Positions 1 through 9,573 of a stretch of DNA of 64,000 nt are shown piece by piece (within the stretch, counting starts at the first letter, position 1; each line of letters begins with the position of its first letter). The notes under the pieces are model-generated. The model searched no databases. It was not told where the DNA came from and saw only the letters and a program-made list of their open reading frames with translations. The DNA is taken from positions 150,554 to 214,553 of IMG/VR virus record IMGVR_UViG_3300025012_000028. One strand, given 5' to 3'. Position numbers and translations under genes: made by a program.

Positions 1-274
1 GTATTTCCTGTTCTTTCTTGGGTTTGGTACAATTCCAAGGGATATACTTTCCCTTGCCCTTGTTGTCAATCTCAGGCAAACCATGATACAAACAATCATA
101 ATGCATACGATCATCCATTGGTTTGCTTAATTCACACGCAAGGAAAACCAATGACTGGTCGTTACTCATAATCTTACCCATCATCCATTGTGAATAACCT
201 GACAACTCTTCATTGGAAAGGTGCGGCTTCTTGGTAAAACACATCTTCATTACATCGAATGGTGAAAGTGACAT
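1..274 (-). CDS. gp62: Clamp loader small subunit (T4 gp62-like), runs off window
   Basis: Hand translation from ATG 274: MSLSPFDVMKMCFTKK...YSQWMMGKIMSND...MHYDCLYHGLP...KYIPW; downstream of gp45-gp44 as in T4. Confidence 0.7.
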   Translation of the reverse strand, partial: MSLSPFDVMKMCFTKKPHLSNEELSGYSQWMMGKIMSNDQSLVFLACELSKPMDDRMHYDCLYHGLPEIDNKGKGKYIPWNCTKPKKEQEI

Positions 275-537
275 TATTCATCCCCAAATATGATGGTACT
301 GATTTGACTTCTAATAATGATTTGATTTTGGTTTTTTCTACCACTGTCCTCAAAACTTAATTTAAAAGTGGCGGGTCCAGTTGGATTGTAGAACCATTCA
401 AAAAACTTTTGAAATGATTCCTTATCAGGACTATTCCAATAATATCTCTTACCACCCACCATATCCACAATCAAATAGAAAGAAACCTTTTCTTCAACAG
501 GTTCGGTTTCTTTTGTCTCTTTTCTCCACCAATACAT
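274..537 (-). CDS. Hypothetical protein
   Basis: ORF track; GGAGG RBS, coupled to neighbours. Confidence 0.6.
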   Translation of the reverse strand: MYWWRKETKETEPVEEKVSFYLIVDMVGGKRYYWNSPDKESFQKFFEWFYNPTGPATFKLSFEDSGRKNQNQIIIRSQISTIIFGDE

Positions 538-822
538 TCAAGCCTCCAAATAATACAATTTATTTTTCAACCACCGATTTTCTTCTTCGTAGAATTTTAT
601 TTCTTTATGAGTATCGTCTATTTTTTGTTCTAAATCATAATTTTTATCGGTAAGGGTTCTTATGTCATATTCCGTCCATTTTAGTTCTTCTTCTACATCT
701 TCTTTATTTCCCAAACACCAATTTAAAAGCTGATGAATAATTTCGTATGGGTCTTCGTCCCGGTATCTCCCACAATTCCAACGGTGTTCAAACTCTATGA
801 TAGTGTTTCCTATAATTTCCAT
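538..822 (-). CDS. Hypothetical coiled-coil protein
   Basis: ORF track; start at MEIIG after GAGGAG RBS. Confidence 0.6.
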   Translation of the reverse strand: MEIIGNTIIEFEHRWNCGRYRDEDPYEIIHQLLNWCLGNKEDVEEELKWTEYDIRTLTDKNYDLEQKIDDTHKEIKFYEEENRWLKNKLYYLEA

Positions 823-844
823 AATTTCTCCTCGACAATAATTC

Positions 845-873
845 ATCATACCGCAATTTTTGATGGTGGTCTA
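845..873 (-). promoter_or_regulatory. sigma70-like early promoter TAGACC-17-TATGAT
   Basis: Motif with 17-nt spacer upstream of the 822 start. Confidence 0.5.
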
Positions 874-883
874 TTTTTATTTT

Positions 884-891
884 TATAAATA
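884..891 (+). promoter_or_regulatory. T4-type late promoter TATAAATA
   Basis: Exact consensus upstream of the + strand membrane gene. Confidence 0.7.
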
Positions 892-939
892 AAGTTGATG
901 AATGACAATTCATCCCTATCCCACTCCCAAGAGGTCCAC

Positions 940-1431
940 ATGGAAAATGATGAATTGTTCCAAATTAAAACTGATATAGCAGACCTGAGAGCTAATGTGA
1001 ATACAATCAAATCTGACATTTCAGAGATGAAACATAGTGTTTCAGGTGCTATGGAAAAGATATCCGATTCGTCGGTTCGAATGGCAACAGTTTTGGAAAA
1101 GTTAAATCATAACATTGAAGAACATAAAATCATTCATAAACGCATCGATGATCAAAAAATTAATATAGAATATATTGAAGATGATGTAGAAACTCTCAAA
1201 ACTACATGTAAAATTTGTCAAGAAACCACAAAGATCAGATCACAGACTGAGCAAAATTCCCCTTGGACACTAGCAAAAAATAAAGCCATTGAGTATCTAA
1301 CCATCGGTATTGTTTTGTTAATTTTCTTTATTATGTATATTAATTTGGATCGCTTCGTTAAGAGTTATTTTCCGGTTGCTGATTTACCGGAACAGACAGA
1401 TGTGAATCAACACCACAAACCTAAAAGGTAA
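940..1431 (+). CDS. Late coiled-coil protein with C-terminal TM helix (possibly lysis-related)
   Basis: GAGGT RBS before ATG 940; heptad pattern then YLTIGIVLLIFFIMYI; late promoter. Confidence 0.6.
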   Translation: MENDELFQIKTDIADLRANVNTIKSDISEMKHSVSGAMEKISDSSVRMATVLEKLNHNIEEHKIIHKRIDDQKINIEYIEDDVETLKTTCKICQETTKIRSQTEQNSPWTLAKNKAIEYLTIGIVLLIFFIMYINLDRFVKSYFPVADLPEQTDVNQHHKPKR

Positions 1432-1470
1432 GAAAGCTGGTTAGAATTTTCTAACCAGCTTTTCTTTTTT
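1431..1470. terminator. Bidirectional intrinsic terminator
   Basis: aaagctggttagaa/ttctaaccagcttt inverted repeat with T tract between convergent genes. Confidence 0.8.
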
Positions 1471-2434
1471 ATCTCCACTTCGCCTCTTTCATCAGAGTGA
1501 CGGCACAACATACACACGCCAATTCTTTATCATTACTCATTCCTGCTTTCCACTGCCAATCCCCGATGGTCAGAATAACGTCTGGTTTGGACTCATCTTT
1601 CAGATGTGGTTCTATCACATGATAAAGAACAGAAAAGAAGTTCATGAAATCCACTTCAGAAATAATCTTCCTGACACTATTGAACTTCTTGTTCTTCATC
1701 TCTTCAACTAGATCCTCTATCTTGGACGAATCGGAAGCGGAAAGAATCTTTTCGTCCACACACCCATTCATCTTGACCAACATCTGAAGCTTGTTCAGAG
1801 TTTTGCGGAAATCAGGATAGTGTTTCTGAACGAACTCAGCCAGTACCTTCTTTTCGTATGGTACTTTCTCGTTGTCCAGAATCCAACACAACCTTTTGAA
1901 GTAAGCTTTCATCATGCTTACAGATTCTTCTGTTGCGAAATTGAAATTGATATGTCTACCACAACGAGACTGTAAAGCTTCATTGATCCTAGAAACGTTA
2001 TTGGTAGTGAAGATAAACCGACAGTTCTTCTCCGCAACTTCAATCAGAGATTTCAGAGCGTTCTGAGCACCAGCACCATTGACATTATCAGTAAGACATT
2101 CGGCCTCATCTAAAATTACAACTTTCTTAGCTTGTTCCAAAGAAAAAGTTGTGGCAAACTGCTCAACCTGATTCCTAATAACTTCGATTTTATTATCTTT
2201 GGATGCGTTAATGTAAAGATATTCCGCCCCCACATCACTACACAGAGCGCGAGCTACAGATGTTTTACCCCTTCCCGCCGTACCGGAAAGTAGCATGTTA
2301 TCTATCTCACCGGACGCCACCATATCCAGAAAGTATTTCTTTTCCTTTTCGGGAAGAATCAGATCCTTTACAGTCATGGGCTGATATTTATATTCCCACA
2401 AAGAAGAAGTTCCAATTGATTGCATTTCACTCAT
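1469..2434 (-). CDS. gp44: Clamp loader large subunit (RFC/AAA+)
   Basis: LWEYKYQP, Walker A GTAGRGKT, ILDEAE, LQSRC, PDFRK. Confidence 0.95.
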   Translation of the reverse strand: MSEMQSIGTSSLWEYKYQPMTVKDLILPEKEKKYFLDMVASGEIDNMLLSGTAGRGKTSVARALCSDVGAEYLYINASKDNKIEVIRNQVEQFATTFSLEQAKKVVILDEAECLTDNVNGAGAQNALKSLIEVAEKNCRFIFTTNNVSRINEALQSRCGRHINFNFATEESVSMMKAYFKRLCWILDNEKVPYEKKVLAEFVQKHYPDFRKTLNKLQMLVKMNGCVDEKILSASDSSKIEDLVEEMKNKKFNSVRKIISEVDFMNFFSVLYHVIEPHLKDESKPDVILTIGDWQWKAGMSNDKELACVCCAVTLMKEAKWR

Positions 2435-2631
2435 TATTCAGCACCCTCTTCCATAATTCTCTTCCTAGTCTCGGTCCACTCGACAATCTCGATGCCGTTG
2501 ACACAAACAATACTATTATCTGGACCCATCAGACCCAAACAGTATTCTCCCTCTTTCATATCGGTTCCGTAAAATTCCCAACCGGTAGGATATCCGTGTT
2601 TATCGAAGGTTCCAATTTTAGAAATTTTCAT
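2434..2631 (-). CDS. Hypothetical protein
   Basis: ORF track, overlapping start/stop. Confidence 0.55.
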   Translation of the reverse strand: MKISKIGTFDKHGYPTGWEFYGTDMKEGEYCLGLMGPDNSIVCVNGIEIVEWTETRKRIMEEGAE

Positions 2632-2879
2632 GAATTAATAATCTCCCTCACCTTTTTAAAAGTTGGTAAATCACACATTTTGTTCCACTCTTCAGGAGTA
2701 GTGCAACAAAGATACATTTCATATTCCCACTTCCTCAGATATTCCTTCTGCGCTTCCAAGGAAAGCATTTCAAATTCCCACGATGAAAGATATTCAAAGG
2801 ATGTGGGTTCGTCGGGGAAGTGAACGAATCTCACTTCCCCGCCAATTGATCTGACTTCTCTAAACACTTTGAGCACCAA
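2628..2879 (-). CDS. Hypothetical protein
   Basis: ORF track. Confidence 0.5.
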   Translation of the reverse strand: MVLKVFREVRSIGGEVRFVHFPDEPTSFEYLSSWEFEMLSLEAQKEYLRKWEYEMYLCCTTPEEWNKMCDLPTFKKVREIINS

Positions 2880-3594
2880 TGAAGTATTTCAGATCGACAT
2901 TAGCAGCTTCCCACTTGGTAATACCCTGAGAGCAAACCTGAACCCTGAAATCATCGTTAATCAGTTTGAGTTCTTCGACCTTAACCGCCATTACTTTGGG
3001 AAGTTCATTCTTGGTGATATCTTCCGATTTAATTTCCAGTTCCCAGTTGTTGGTGTTACCTTCAAGTTCATTGCCAGCAGTCACACGAATGGTATCGGGA
3101 GTAGTTTCGAAGAACACAAATTTAGCAGGAAGGATGTTTGCCATCTTCAGGAGCATAGCAAGCTTCTCAGCAGAGAAAACAAAATCAAGTTCGCTGGTAG
3201 CCTTGTCGAAATTGTTTTCAATGCGGTAACGACCACTGGCCTGATCGAAAGGATCGATGGTATTGCCTTTGACTACCTGAAAGTATTTCAGCATTTCAAT
3301 TGGGGAAAGGCCATACCTCACCTTAGAATTTCCTTCGCTGACAGTGAGGAATTTATCCTGAACTTCAATGAAGGGCGTCTTATAAGCTTTGTGGATGGAC
3401 AGGAGACTTGAGATTTCATAGATACCAAAACGTTCAAATTCGAAAGTTTCCTTGGGGCGATAGATCGCAACAAGAGAATCCGCATTAGACCTAACATAGA
3501 ATTTGTCTTTGTCGAGGATTACGTTCTGGTGAACTGTACTGAAATTCTGAAGAATGGACACGTCGGTACTGCTGAATTGAAATTTACTTCCCAT
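2860..3594 (-). CDS. gp45: Sliding clamp
   Basis: ILQNFSTVHQNV, FGIYEISSLLS, LKYFIG; 244 aa; upstream of gp44. Confidence 0.85.
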   Translation of the reverse strand: MGSKFQFSSTDVSILQNFSTVHQNVILDKDKFYVRSNADSLVAIYRPKETFEFERFGIYEISSLLSIHKAYKTPFIEVQDKFLTVSEGNSKVRYGLSPIEMLKYFQVVKGNTIDPFDQASGRYRIENNFDKATSELDFVFSAEKLAMLLKMANILPAKFVFFETTPDTIRVTAGNELEGNTNNWELEIKSEDITKNELPKVMAVKVEELKLINDDFRVQVCSQGITKWEAANVDLKYFIGAQSV

Positions 3595-3627
3595 TAATTA
3601 GTTCCTTCTTTCCTTAATTTAGTTTGT

Positions 3628-3662
3628 GAATTCATCCTACAAGGGAATTCTTTATTTGTCTA
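3628..3662 (-). promoter_or_regulatory. sigma70-like promoter TAGACA-17-TAGGAT, -10 flanked by short IR
   Basis: Motif upstream of gp45. Confidence 0.55.
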
Positions 3663-4173
3663 ATAATTTATTCACGCCGGAAAAACATTTTAAAATCTTT
3701 GTTGGCGGTTCGGATTTCTTCAACATCTTCCTCTTCATGTTCGTCACAATGAACCCACACCCATTTATATCCAATGAGAGTTTTCTCACAACCACAAGGC
3801 AAAACTTCAGTTTCCATTAATACCAAAACTCCTTTTTACTTGATCTTCGTTTTTATTGATGTACCTGAGATGATTTTTCATTTGCTCCATCACTTCATTC
3901 CTATCAGAATATTCAACATCTGAACGGCTCATTATCCACGGACCATACGAAACTCGAACAGTCCATAAAAGTTTACCATTTGCAGGTTCTACAAACCACG
4001 CACTGAAAGTCTTCATTCGTATTCCTCTCTTGTTAGTATTTGTTGACACTCACTGCAAAACCCCCAGATACGGAAAACATCTCTCTCGTTCTTATCCCTG
4101 AAATCTTCCACACGAATATCTTCCAGACATCTAGAGCAATATTCCTGTGTTCCAAAATCACTTTCTATTTCAC

Positions 4174-4365
4174 TCACCGCTTTCTCCCAAAATAATAATT
4201 CAATTCTAATATCTGTTTACCCAAAGTATTAGGTGTCTTTCCTAATCCTTTACATGCCCAACACACTTCAGACACTTCCACCGATATACCGATCTTTGAA
4301 AGTAAGAAGCCTTCACCTTTACATTTCTCACATGTTTCTGTGATAAATTGATTTTCCATTTTCAT
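4174..4365 (-). CDS. Small DnaJ-type Zn-finger protein
   Basis: CEKCKGEG and CWACKGLG. Confidence 0.6.
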   Translation of the reverse strand: MKMENQFITETCEKCKGEGFLLSKIGISVEVSEVCWACKGLGKTPNTLGKQILELNYYFGRKR

Positions 4366-4652
4366 ATCATCTCACCGATCATATAATTTGGAATTATTTC
4401 TATATCCCTGACAAACCCACCAACATTAATTTCGGGTAATTGTTGACTATATTTGAATGCTTCGGATTTTGAATCTATTTTGAAAATAATATTATCTCTT
4501 GCCTGTTTTGTTTCTAAACTTTTAAATTCAAATCTCCCATCTATCTTACATAAAACAAACGTCTCATTTAACCACTTATACCCAAGAGCAAACCACTTAT
4601 CATAACGCAAATCTTTGATGAATGAGCCAACGGTTCTTCCACGTTTATGCAT
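4362..4652 (-). CDS. Hypothetical protein
   Basis: ORF track with RBS. Confidence 0.55.
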   Translation of the reverse strand: MHKRGRTVGSFIKDLRYDKWFALGYKWLNETFVLCKIDGRFEFKSLETKQARDNIIFKIDSKSEAFKYSQQLPEINVGGFVRDIEIIPNYMIGEMI

Positions 4653-4664
4653 TGAATGACTCCA

Positions 4665-4889
4665 TTACATTTCAATTTTGGGTTGGTTTGCATTGCGCTG
4701 AACAGACTTATTATAAGCCTTGATAACCTTCCTGCTCCTTGCCTTGGCAATACGTATTGCCTTGCCCCTAGAACAGCTATTCTCGACCATCAGACGTGAT
4801 ATAATATCATCGAATCTGGTCTTTTGTTGATCCAAAAATTGCTGTTCATCATCATTTGAAATCATTGAATGTGCTGGTGCTTCCGTCAT
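4665..4889 (-). CDS. Hypothetical protein
   Basis: ORF track, AGGAGA RBS. Confidence 0.55.
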   Translation of the reverse strand: MTEAPAHSMISNDDEQQFLDQQKTRFDDIISRLMVENSCSRGKAIRIAKARSRKVIKAYNKSVQRNANQPKIEM

Positions 4890-4899
4890 ATCATCTCCT

Positions 4900-5328
4900 T
4901 TATTTTCCGGTGTATTTTATTTCATGAACTTTCACACCACAATTCTTGGCACGTTTAACCATATCATTACTTCCCGGTGTACCAGTTTTACTCTTCCTGA
5001 TATCGTTGATGATAATGGCATGAGTCGATTTTTCTGCCATCACTTGGTTTCTATTGAAACCAGCAAGGCAATTATATTCTTTTCCATTGCGAGTTTTGAT
5101 CTTACAGATAGGAACAGTGAGGTCATTCCAATCGGCGGGGTTCTCATCGACTTTGAAATTATTTTCTATTGCCCAACGGAAAGCGATATCATCGACACCT
5201 TCCGGTGCCATTCCATCAACAATACATTCGATAAGATTTCTCTTGGGGAGGATTAACTTGTTGAGGGTTCTGTAAATAAAACCAACATCAGTAATCGACC
5301 TACTACCAGCAATCAACAGGCGAATCAT
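4900..5328 (-). CDS. SLOG-fold protein (YspA/DUF2493-like)
   Basis: IAGSR, GMAPEGVD, ADW, AGFNRNQVM, PGSNDMV. Confidence 0.8.
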   Translation of the reverse strand: MIRLLIAGSRSITDVGFIYRTLNKLILPKRNLIECIVDGMAPEGVDDIAFRWAIENNFKVDENPADWNDLTVPICKIKTRNGKEYNCLAGFNRNQVMAEKSTHAIIINDIRKSKTGTPGSNDMVKRAKNCGVKVHEIKYTGK

Positions 5329-5354
5329 TGTAAATCCTCATAACTCAATTTATT

Positions 5355-5861
5355 TCAAATAAAAAACTTGTTGCTGATTTCTACCGTGACTTTCTTGGGT
5401 CTGCCACGTTTCTTCTTTTCACCCGGAATATCGGTGGTAGGTTTCACCACATTTTCTTCTGGTAGTTTTGCTTTCCTACCACGTTTTGATATTTCCTTTT
5501 TAATCATCCTAGCAGTCTTTTTGTCTTCGCGCAATTTCTTTTTTTCAGTTTTTAATAATTCTTTTTCTGCTTTCTTCTGATCCTTGATTTTCTTCTTATT
5601 AAGTTTCTCCAATTCCAAAACTTTCTTTTCAGTTTCGCGCTCTTTTTTAGAGAGTGCCTTTTGTTTGCGCACAATAGAATCAGGAAGTGGGAACAGAGGA
5701 ACCCCGTATTTCTCTAGATAAAAATCCGGAATGGGTTCTTCTTGAAGTCGTTCATAATTTTTGGTATAGGTCGAACATTTGATTTTATCACAGGTTGGAC
5801 AAGAGAAGATACACACCACATGCGGAACCCTCGCTGATTTCAAATCACAAAAAACGTACAT
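5355..5861 (-). CDS. Basic putative DNA-binding protein with Cys-rich N-terminus and AT-hook
   Basis: CIFSCPTC..KC; Lys-rich coil; KKKRGRPKK. Confidence 0.55.
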   Translation of the reverse strand: MYVFCDLKSARVPHVVCIFSCPTCDKIKCSTYTKNYERLQEEPIPDFYLEKYGVPLFPLPDSIVRKQKALSKKERETEKKVLELEKLNKKKIKDQKKAEKELLKTEKKKLREDKKTARMIKKEISKRGRKAKLPEENVVKPTTDIPGEKKKRGRPKKVTVEISNKFFI

Positions 5862-6131
5862 CTATTTCTCCTGAGTAATCTTCAAAGAATCACTGAACAT
5901 TCCAGTCAACTTATAAACATAATTCTTGCGTTTCCATCCGTTTGCGAATTCCCTGATGATTCTTCTATTTATTGTACAATCATCATCCCAAAAATAATCT
6001 TCCTTATATTCACCAGAACATACTGGACATTCCTTATGAATATAATCACTGAAGATGGTCAGTTTGTAAAGCTTACCCGTACCACCACAACATTTGCAGG
6101 ATGGTTTTAATTTCTTAAACCAGTTGAACAC
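5862..6131 (-). CDS. Small Zn-finger protein
   Basis: CKCCGGTG, CPVCSG. Confidence 0.5.
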   Translation of the reverse strand: MFNWFKKLKPSCKCCGGTGKLYKLTIFSDYIHKECPVCSGEYKEDYFWDDDCTINRRIIREFANGWKRKNYVYKLTGMFSDSLKITQEK

Positions 6132-6139
6132 AATAACTC

Positions 6140-6367
6140 CTAACTTTTCGAAAAAGTATGAACAATCTTTGTAAATTTGATATTGCGTGATTCAATTATC
6201 CCATCGATATATTTAATAGCTGCTTCTTCTGTGCTAAAACAAACTTCGCCCAGACAATCCATACATACGCAGGTATACCAACTTTTCCAGAACAGAAACC
6301 ATTTATATTGAGGGACAAATGAAATCGTTTCCCCATTTCTCTTATGTTCTATAATTCTATATTTCAT
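6140..6367 (-). CDS. Hypothetical protein
   Basis: ORF track. Confidence 0.55.
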   Translation of the reverse strand: MKYRIIEHKRNGETISFVPQYKWFLFWKSWYTCVCMDCLGEVCFSTEEAAIKYIDGIIESRNIKFTKIVHTFSKS

Positions 6368-6658
6368 TTACACAACCCCCAAATAATTTAATAAACGCTC
6401 TGCCACGTTATCAGCATCCATTTTATAAAGCTTTCTTATACCCATGCCACTCACAATAAAATTTCCACAACCCTCAAATGCGGTCATGGTACAGGCAATA
6501 CCTTCACCATCATCAATGGTCATTCGTGATCCATTGAATACCCGATGTTGTACTGTCACCACAAGTCCCTTATCCCGCAAGATTTCAGCAACCCGATCAA
6601 ATATAGGTTCGAAGGTCCAATATCGAATATGTGCTGGTCTGAGAGGCCAACGAGACAT
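6368..6658 (-). CDS. Hypothetical protein
   Basis: ORF track. Confidence 0.55.
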   Translation of the reverse strand: MSRWPLRPAHIRYWTFEPIFDRVAEILRDKGLVVTVQHRVFNGSRMTIDDGEGIACTMTAFEGCGNFIVSGMGIRKLYKMDADNVAERLLNYLGVV

Positions 6659-6661
6659 ATA

Positions 6662-6952
6662 TTATCCTTCCACCACGAAGATTTTTCTTGCGGCACGAAT
6701 TTCTTTAACCCTATTTACATCGAAGGAACGATATTGTTTTTTACTCATTTCAAATACCGTCACAATGTTATCAGGAGATGCAGCTTTGTTCTTGGAAGGA
6801 TTTTGGACCAGATGTTTATAAACTCCCCTGCGGCAATTCATCTTGCGTTCCGAACCGTCCTTTTTCTCAAAATGTACAGAAAAAATAGCACTCTTGGGGA
6901 TCATACACAGGATCATCTCAACTTCTTCTTTCGAAATGGATATTTTTCTCAT
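6662..6952 (-). CDS. SH3/WYL-like beta-barrel phage protein (DUF2693-like)
   Basis: FSVHFEKKDGSERKM, VFEM.KKQYRSF. Confidence 0.7.
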   Translation of the reverse strand: MRKISISKEEVEMILCMIPKSAIFSVHFEKKDGSERKMNCRRGVYKHLVQNPSKNKAASPDNIVTVFEMSKKQYRSFDVNRVKEIRAARKIFVVEG

Positions 6953-6954
6953 AA

Positions 6955-7019
6955 AAATTCCTCCTAGAGTATGATTCGAAATCTAGGAGGAATTTACCAC
7001 GGAATTAATTATTTGTCAA
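6955..7019 (-). promoter_or_regulatory. sigma70-like promoter TTGACA-17-TAAATT overlapping 14-bp IR that contains the RBS
   Basis: -35 at 7014-7019, -10 at 6991-6996; aaattcctcctaga/tctaggaggaattt. Confidence 0.75.
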
Positions 7020-7035
7020 GAAATAATTTTCGAAA

Positions 7036-7043
7036 TATAAATA
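7036..7043 (+). promoter_or_regulatory. T4-type late promoter TATAAATA
   Basis: Exact consensus upstream of endonuclease gene. Confidence 0.7.
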
Positions 7044-7141
7044 GAAGTGGCAAGTAAGATTTTTTAGCGGGAACTAAAAAATCGGTCAACGGAGAGTGTG
7101 TTGATTGTCCTTGCTCATTCTATTTATCTTCAAGGAGAGTC

Positions 7142-8023
7142 ATGTCTAGAAAACTCACAAATGAAATCATCGATGAACGTCTACTAGGAAGAAAAATTAT
7201 CAGAATTGGTGACTATAAAACTGCATTAACCAAAATATCATGGAAATGTTTGAAGGATGGTTATGTTTGGAACGCAACACCACACGATATAAATTCAGGA
7301 TATGGATGTCCTGCTTGTGCCAATAAAATACCAATTACGAATGAAACAATAGACATCAAATTACAAAACAGATCTATTGTCCGAATTGGCGATTGTATTG
7401 GACAGAACAATAAAATTTTATTCTGTTGTCAAATATGTGATTATCAATGGGTCACAACACCGAAAAGTATTTTACATGGAAATGGTTGTCCTGAGTGTTC
7501 GGGTAAAGTACCATTAACAAATGAAAGAATCGATAATAAATTATCAAATAGACCAATAAAAAGAATTGGTAATTGTACCGAGGGCAATAAAATTAATATA
7601 GAATGGCAATGTCTTATAGAAACTTGTGGTTCTATATGGAAAGCTTCGCCGGGTAGTGTATTGAACAATTTCAGAGGATGTCCACATTGTAGGTACAAAA
7701 ATGAAAAACGTATATATGACTATTTAAGAGAACAGTATTCCCAATTAAATATTACTCCTCAATATAGAATACATATAAACAACAAACTTTTTGTGATAGA
7801 TTTCAACCTCAATGATATATTCATTGAATATCATGGCATTCAACATTACGAACCAGTTGAATATTTTGGTGGAAAGAAATCTTTTATCAAACAAATTAAA
7901 CGAGATTACTTACTGAGGGAATATTGTAGTGAAAATAAAATCAAACTTATAGAAATACCTCATTGGTTTACGAACGATGAACAATATGAATTGTTACAAT
8001 TTTCGTTAAAAACTTCGACATGA
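7142..8023 (+). mobile_element. Free-standing putative homing endonuclease: 3 Zn-ribbon repeats plus PD-(D/E)XK/Vsr-like domain
   Basis: Three C..C-W.A.P...GCP.C repeats; IDFNL..IFIEYHGIQHY, RD...YC..NKIKLIEI. Confidence 0.8.
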
Positions 8024-9174
8024 TTCCTAGTAGGCCCATATGAAACCATAGCAATGTTTTTATTCTTGATAAATTCTCTCACATTTTGGGAAATAATTTG
8101 GCCTTCATCAATATATTTTATTGTTTCATCTTCCAATTGATCAACACAAGTCATACAAACTTTGTGGATTATACAAACACCTTTGTTGTTGTTTTCAAAT
8201 AAATCTTTTCTGATAGCTTTTCTAATCAAATCAAGGTTTAAAAAACTAAACCTTAAAGTTCCTTGCCATTGATTGGGAATGTTGGTGGCATCGATGATAT
8301 TGCAATAGGGTTTATCTACCAATTCCATTGGCAATGGTCCGTTACCGTGTCGAGTAGTATAAGTTCGCATAACATAGGTAACTTCAATTTCTTTTATATC
8401 CATTTCAACACTCAATTCTATTATATTATTCAACCCCGTCTTGGATCTTGTGACATACGGAAAGAATTCGTTATTTTCATCAAGAAGTAACCCTTGAGCA
8501 CCTTCGAAAATAACGTTTTTATATCTTTCACTTATATCTTTAGCAGACGATAAAATGATTATTCCTTTAAAGAATTCTAAATCTTTAATATACCGATTGA
8601 TCATATTTTCATTTTCCATCAGTGATTTATAATTATCTGGAATAGTTTGAATTTCCAACTTTTGGATTCGTTTATATGCATATTGTTTGATTTTTTTAAG
8701 TTCTTCATATTCGGAAGTTAAATTAAAAATTAGTCCATTTATGTCGTGTCGTTCGATAGTTTCCGAAATGCCCATTCCACAGGAACCATGACGATTACCG
8801 CCACGCATATCTTCCATCATTTGGTTGAGGATCATGTCATATGGAGTGGTCACTTTACAAGAAGGATCGACATACACAATGGGTTTAACCCCCTTGGAAA
8901 CAAGTTCCTCATACTCCTGTCGGAAAATGATGGGATTGACAATGAAATGTTTGGAAAGGAAAGTGGGCGAACCATTGAAGCTACCGCTTCCAAAATGGTG
9001 GAATACATGGCGAACTCCTTCAGGTGTCACTACGGTATGTCCTGCCTGTGCTCCACCGTTAAAACGTACCACCACGGCTTCCTCGTTGTACTTTGCAGAA
9101 AGGTAATCGACCTGTTTCCCTTTTGCACAATCCCCAAACCCCGAACCTATGACAGCAAATCCTTTCATACTCAA
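7960..9174 (-). CDS. purA: Adenylosuccinate synthetase-like protein (divergent family)
   Basis: GFGDCAKGK, RFNGGAQAGHTV, FEGAQGLLLD, FPYVT.S, Y.TRHG.GP. Confidence 0.85.
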   Translation of the reverse strand: MSMKGFAVIGSGFGDCAKGKQVDYLSAKYNEEAVVVRFNGGAQAGHTVVTPEGVRHVFHHFGSGSFNGSPTFLSKHFIVNPIIFRQEYEELVSKGVKPIVYVDPSCKVTTPYDMILNQMMEDMRGGNRHGSCGMGISETIERHDINGLIFNLTSEYEELKKIKQYAYKRIQKLEIQTIPDNYKSLMENENMINRYIKDLEFFKGIIILSSAKDISERYKNVIFEGAQGLLLDENNEFFPYVTRSKTGLNNIIELSVEMDIKEIEVTYVMRTYTTRHGNGPLPMELVDKPYCNIIDATNIPNQWQGTLRFSFLNLDLIRKAIRKDLFENNNKGVCIIHKVCMTCVDQLEDETIKYIDEGQIISQNVREFIKNKNIAMVSYGPTRNHVEVFNENCNNSYCSSFVNQ

Positions 9175-9413
9175 CCCTCCATTGTTTTTAATAGATTTTC
9201 AATATTCCACGAATGTCTGTGTGAACCCTGTTTTAGTGTAGCGCGGATCATCACCCTCTTTAACGATGATCCTTTCCTAATTTTTGTGGCACGAAACCGC
9301 ATCCACTTCCACAGATAAAAACGAATTATCCCAACTTTAAATGGAGTGCCGATACCTCCAAAATAATCGAATACTCGACCACCACTGCGATGAAGGTAAT
9401 AATCGTATTTCAT
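9171..9413 (-). CDS. Hypothetical protein
   Basis: ORF track, ATGA coupling to purA-like gene. Confidence 0.45.
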   Translation of the reverse strand: MKYDYYLHRSGGRVFDYFGGIGTPFKVGIIRFYLWKWMRFRATKIRKGSSLKRVMIRATLKQGSHRHSWNIENLLKTMEG

Positions 9414-9573
9414 TATTTCAACCTATTCATAAATGCCTGAAGTGCTGTCTTCAAATTAGCAGTTTCAAAAGAAACATCGGGCGCTTCGATTAAGAAAATT
9501 TCTTCTGTGATACTGTTTTTATTTTCTCTTTTATGAACGGCAGTTATACTAACCCTATATGTTTCTTCCATCT

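Noticed and set aside
7960-9174. PurZ / 2-aminoadenine genome
   Set aside because: Catalytic Asp retained (GDC, not GS); no datZ/mazZ-like neighbours seen
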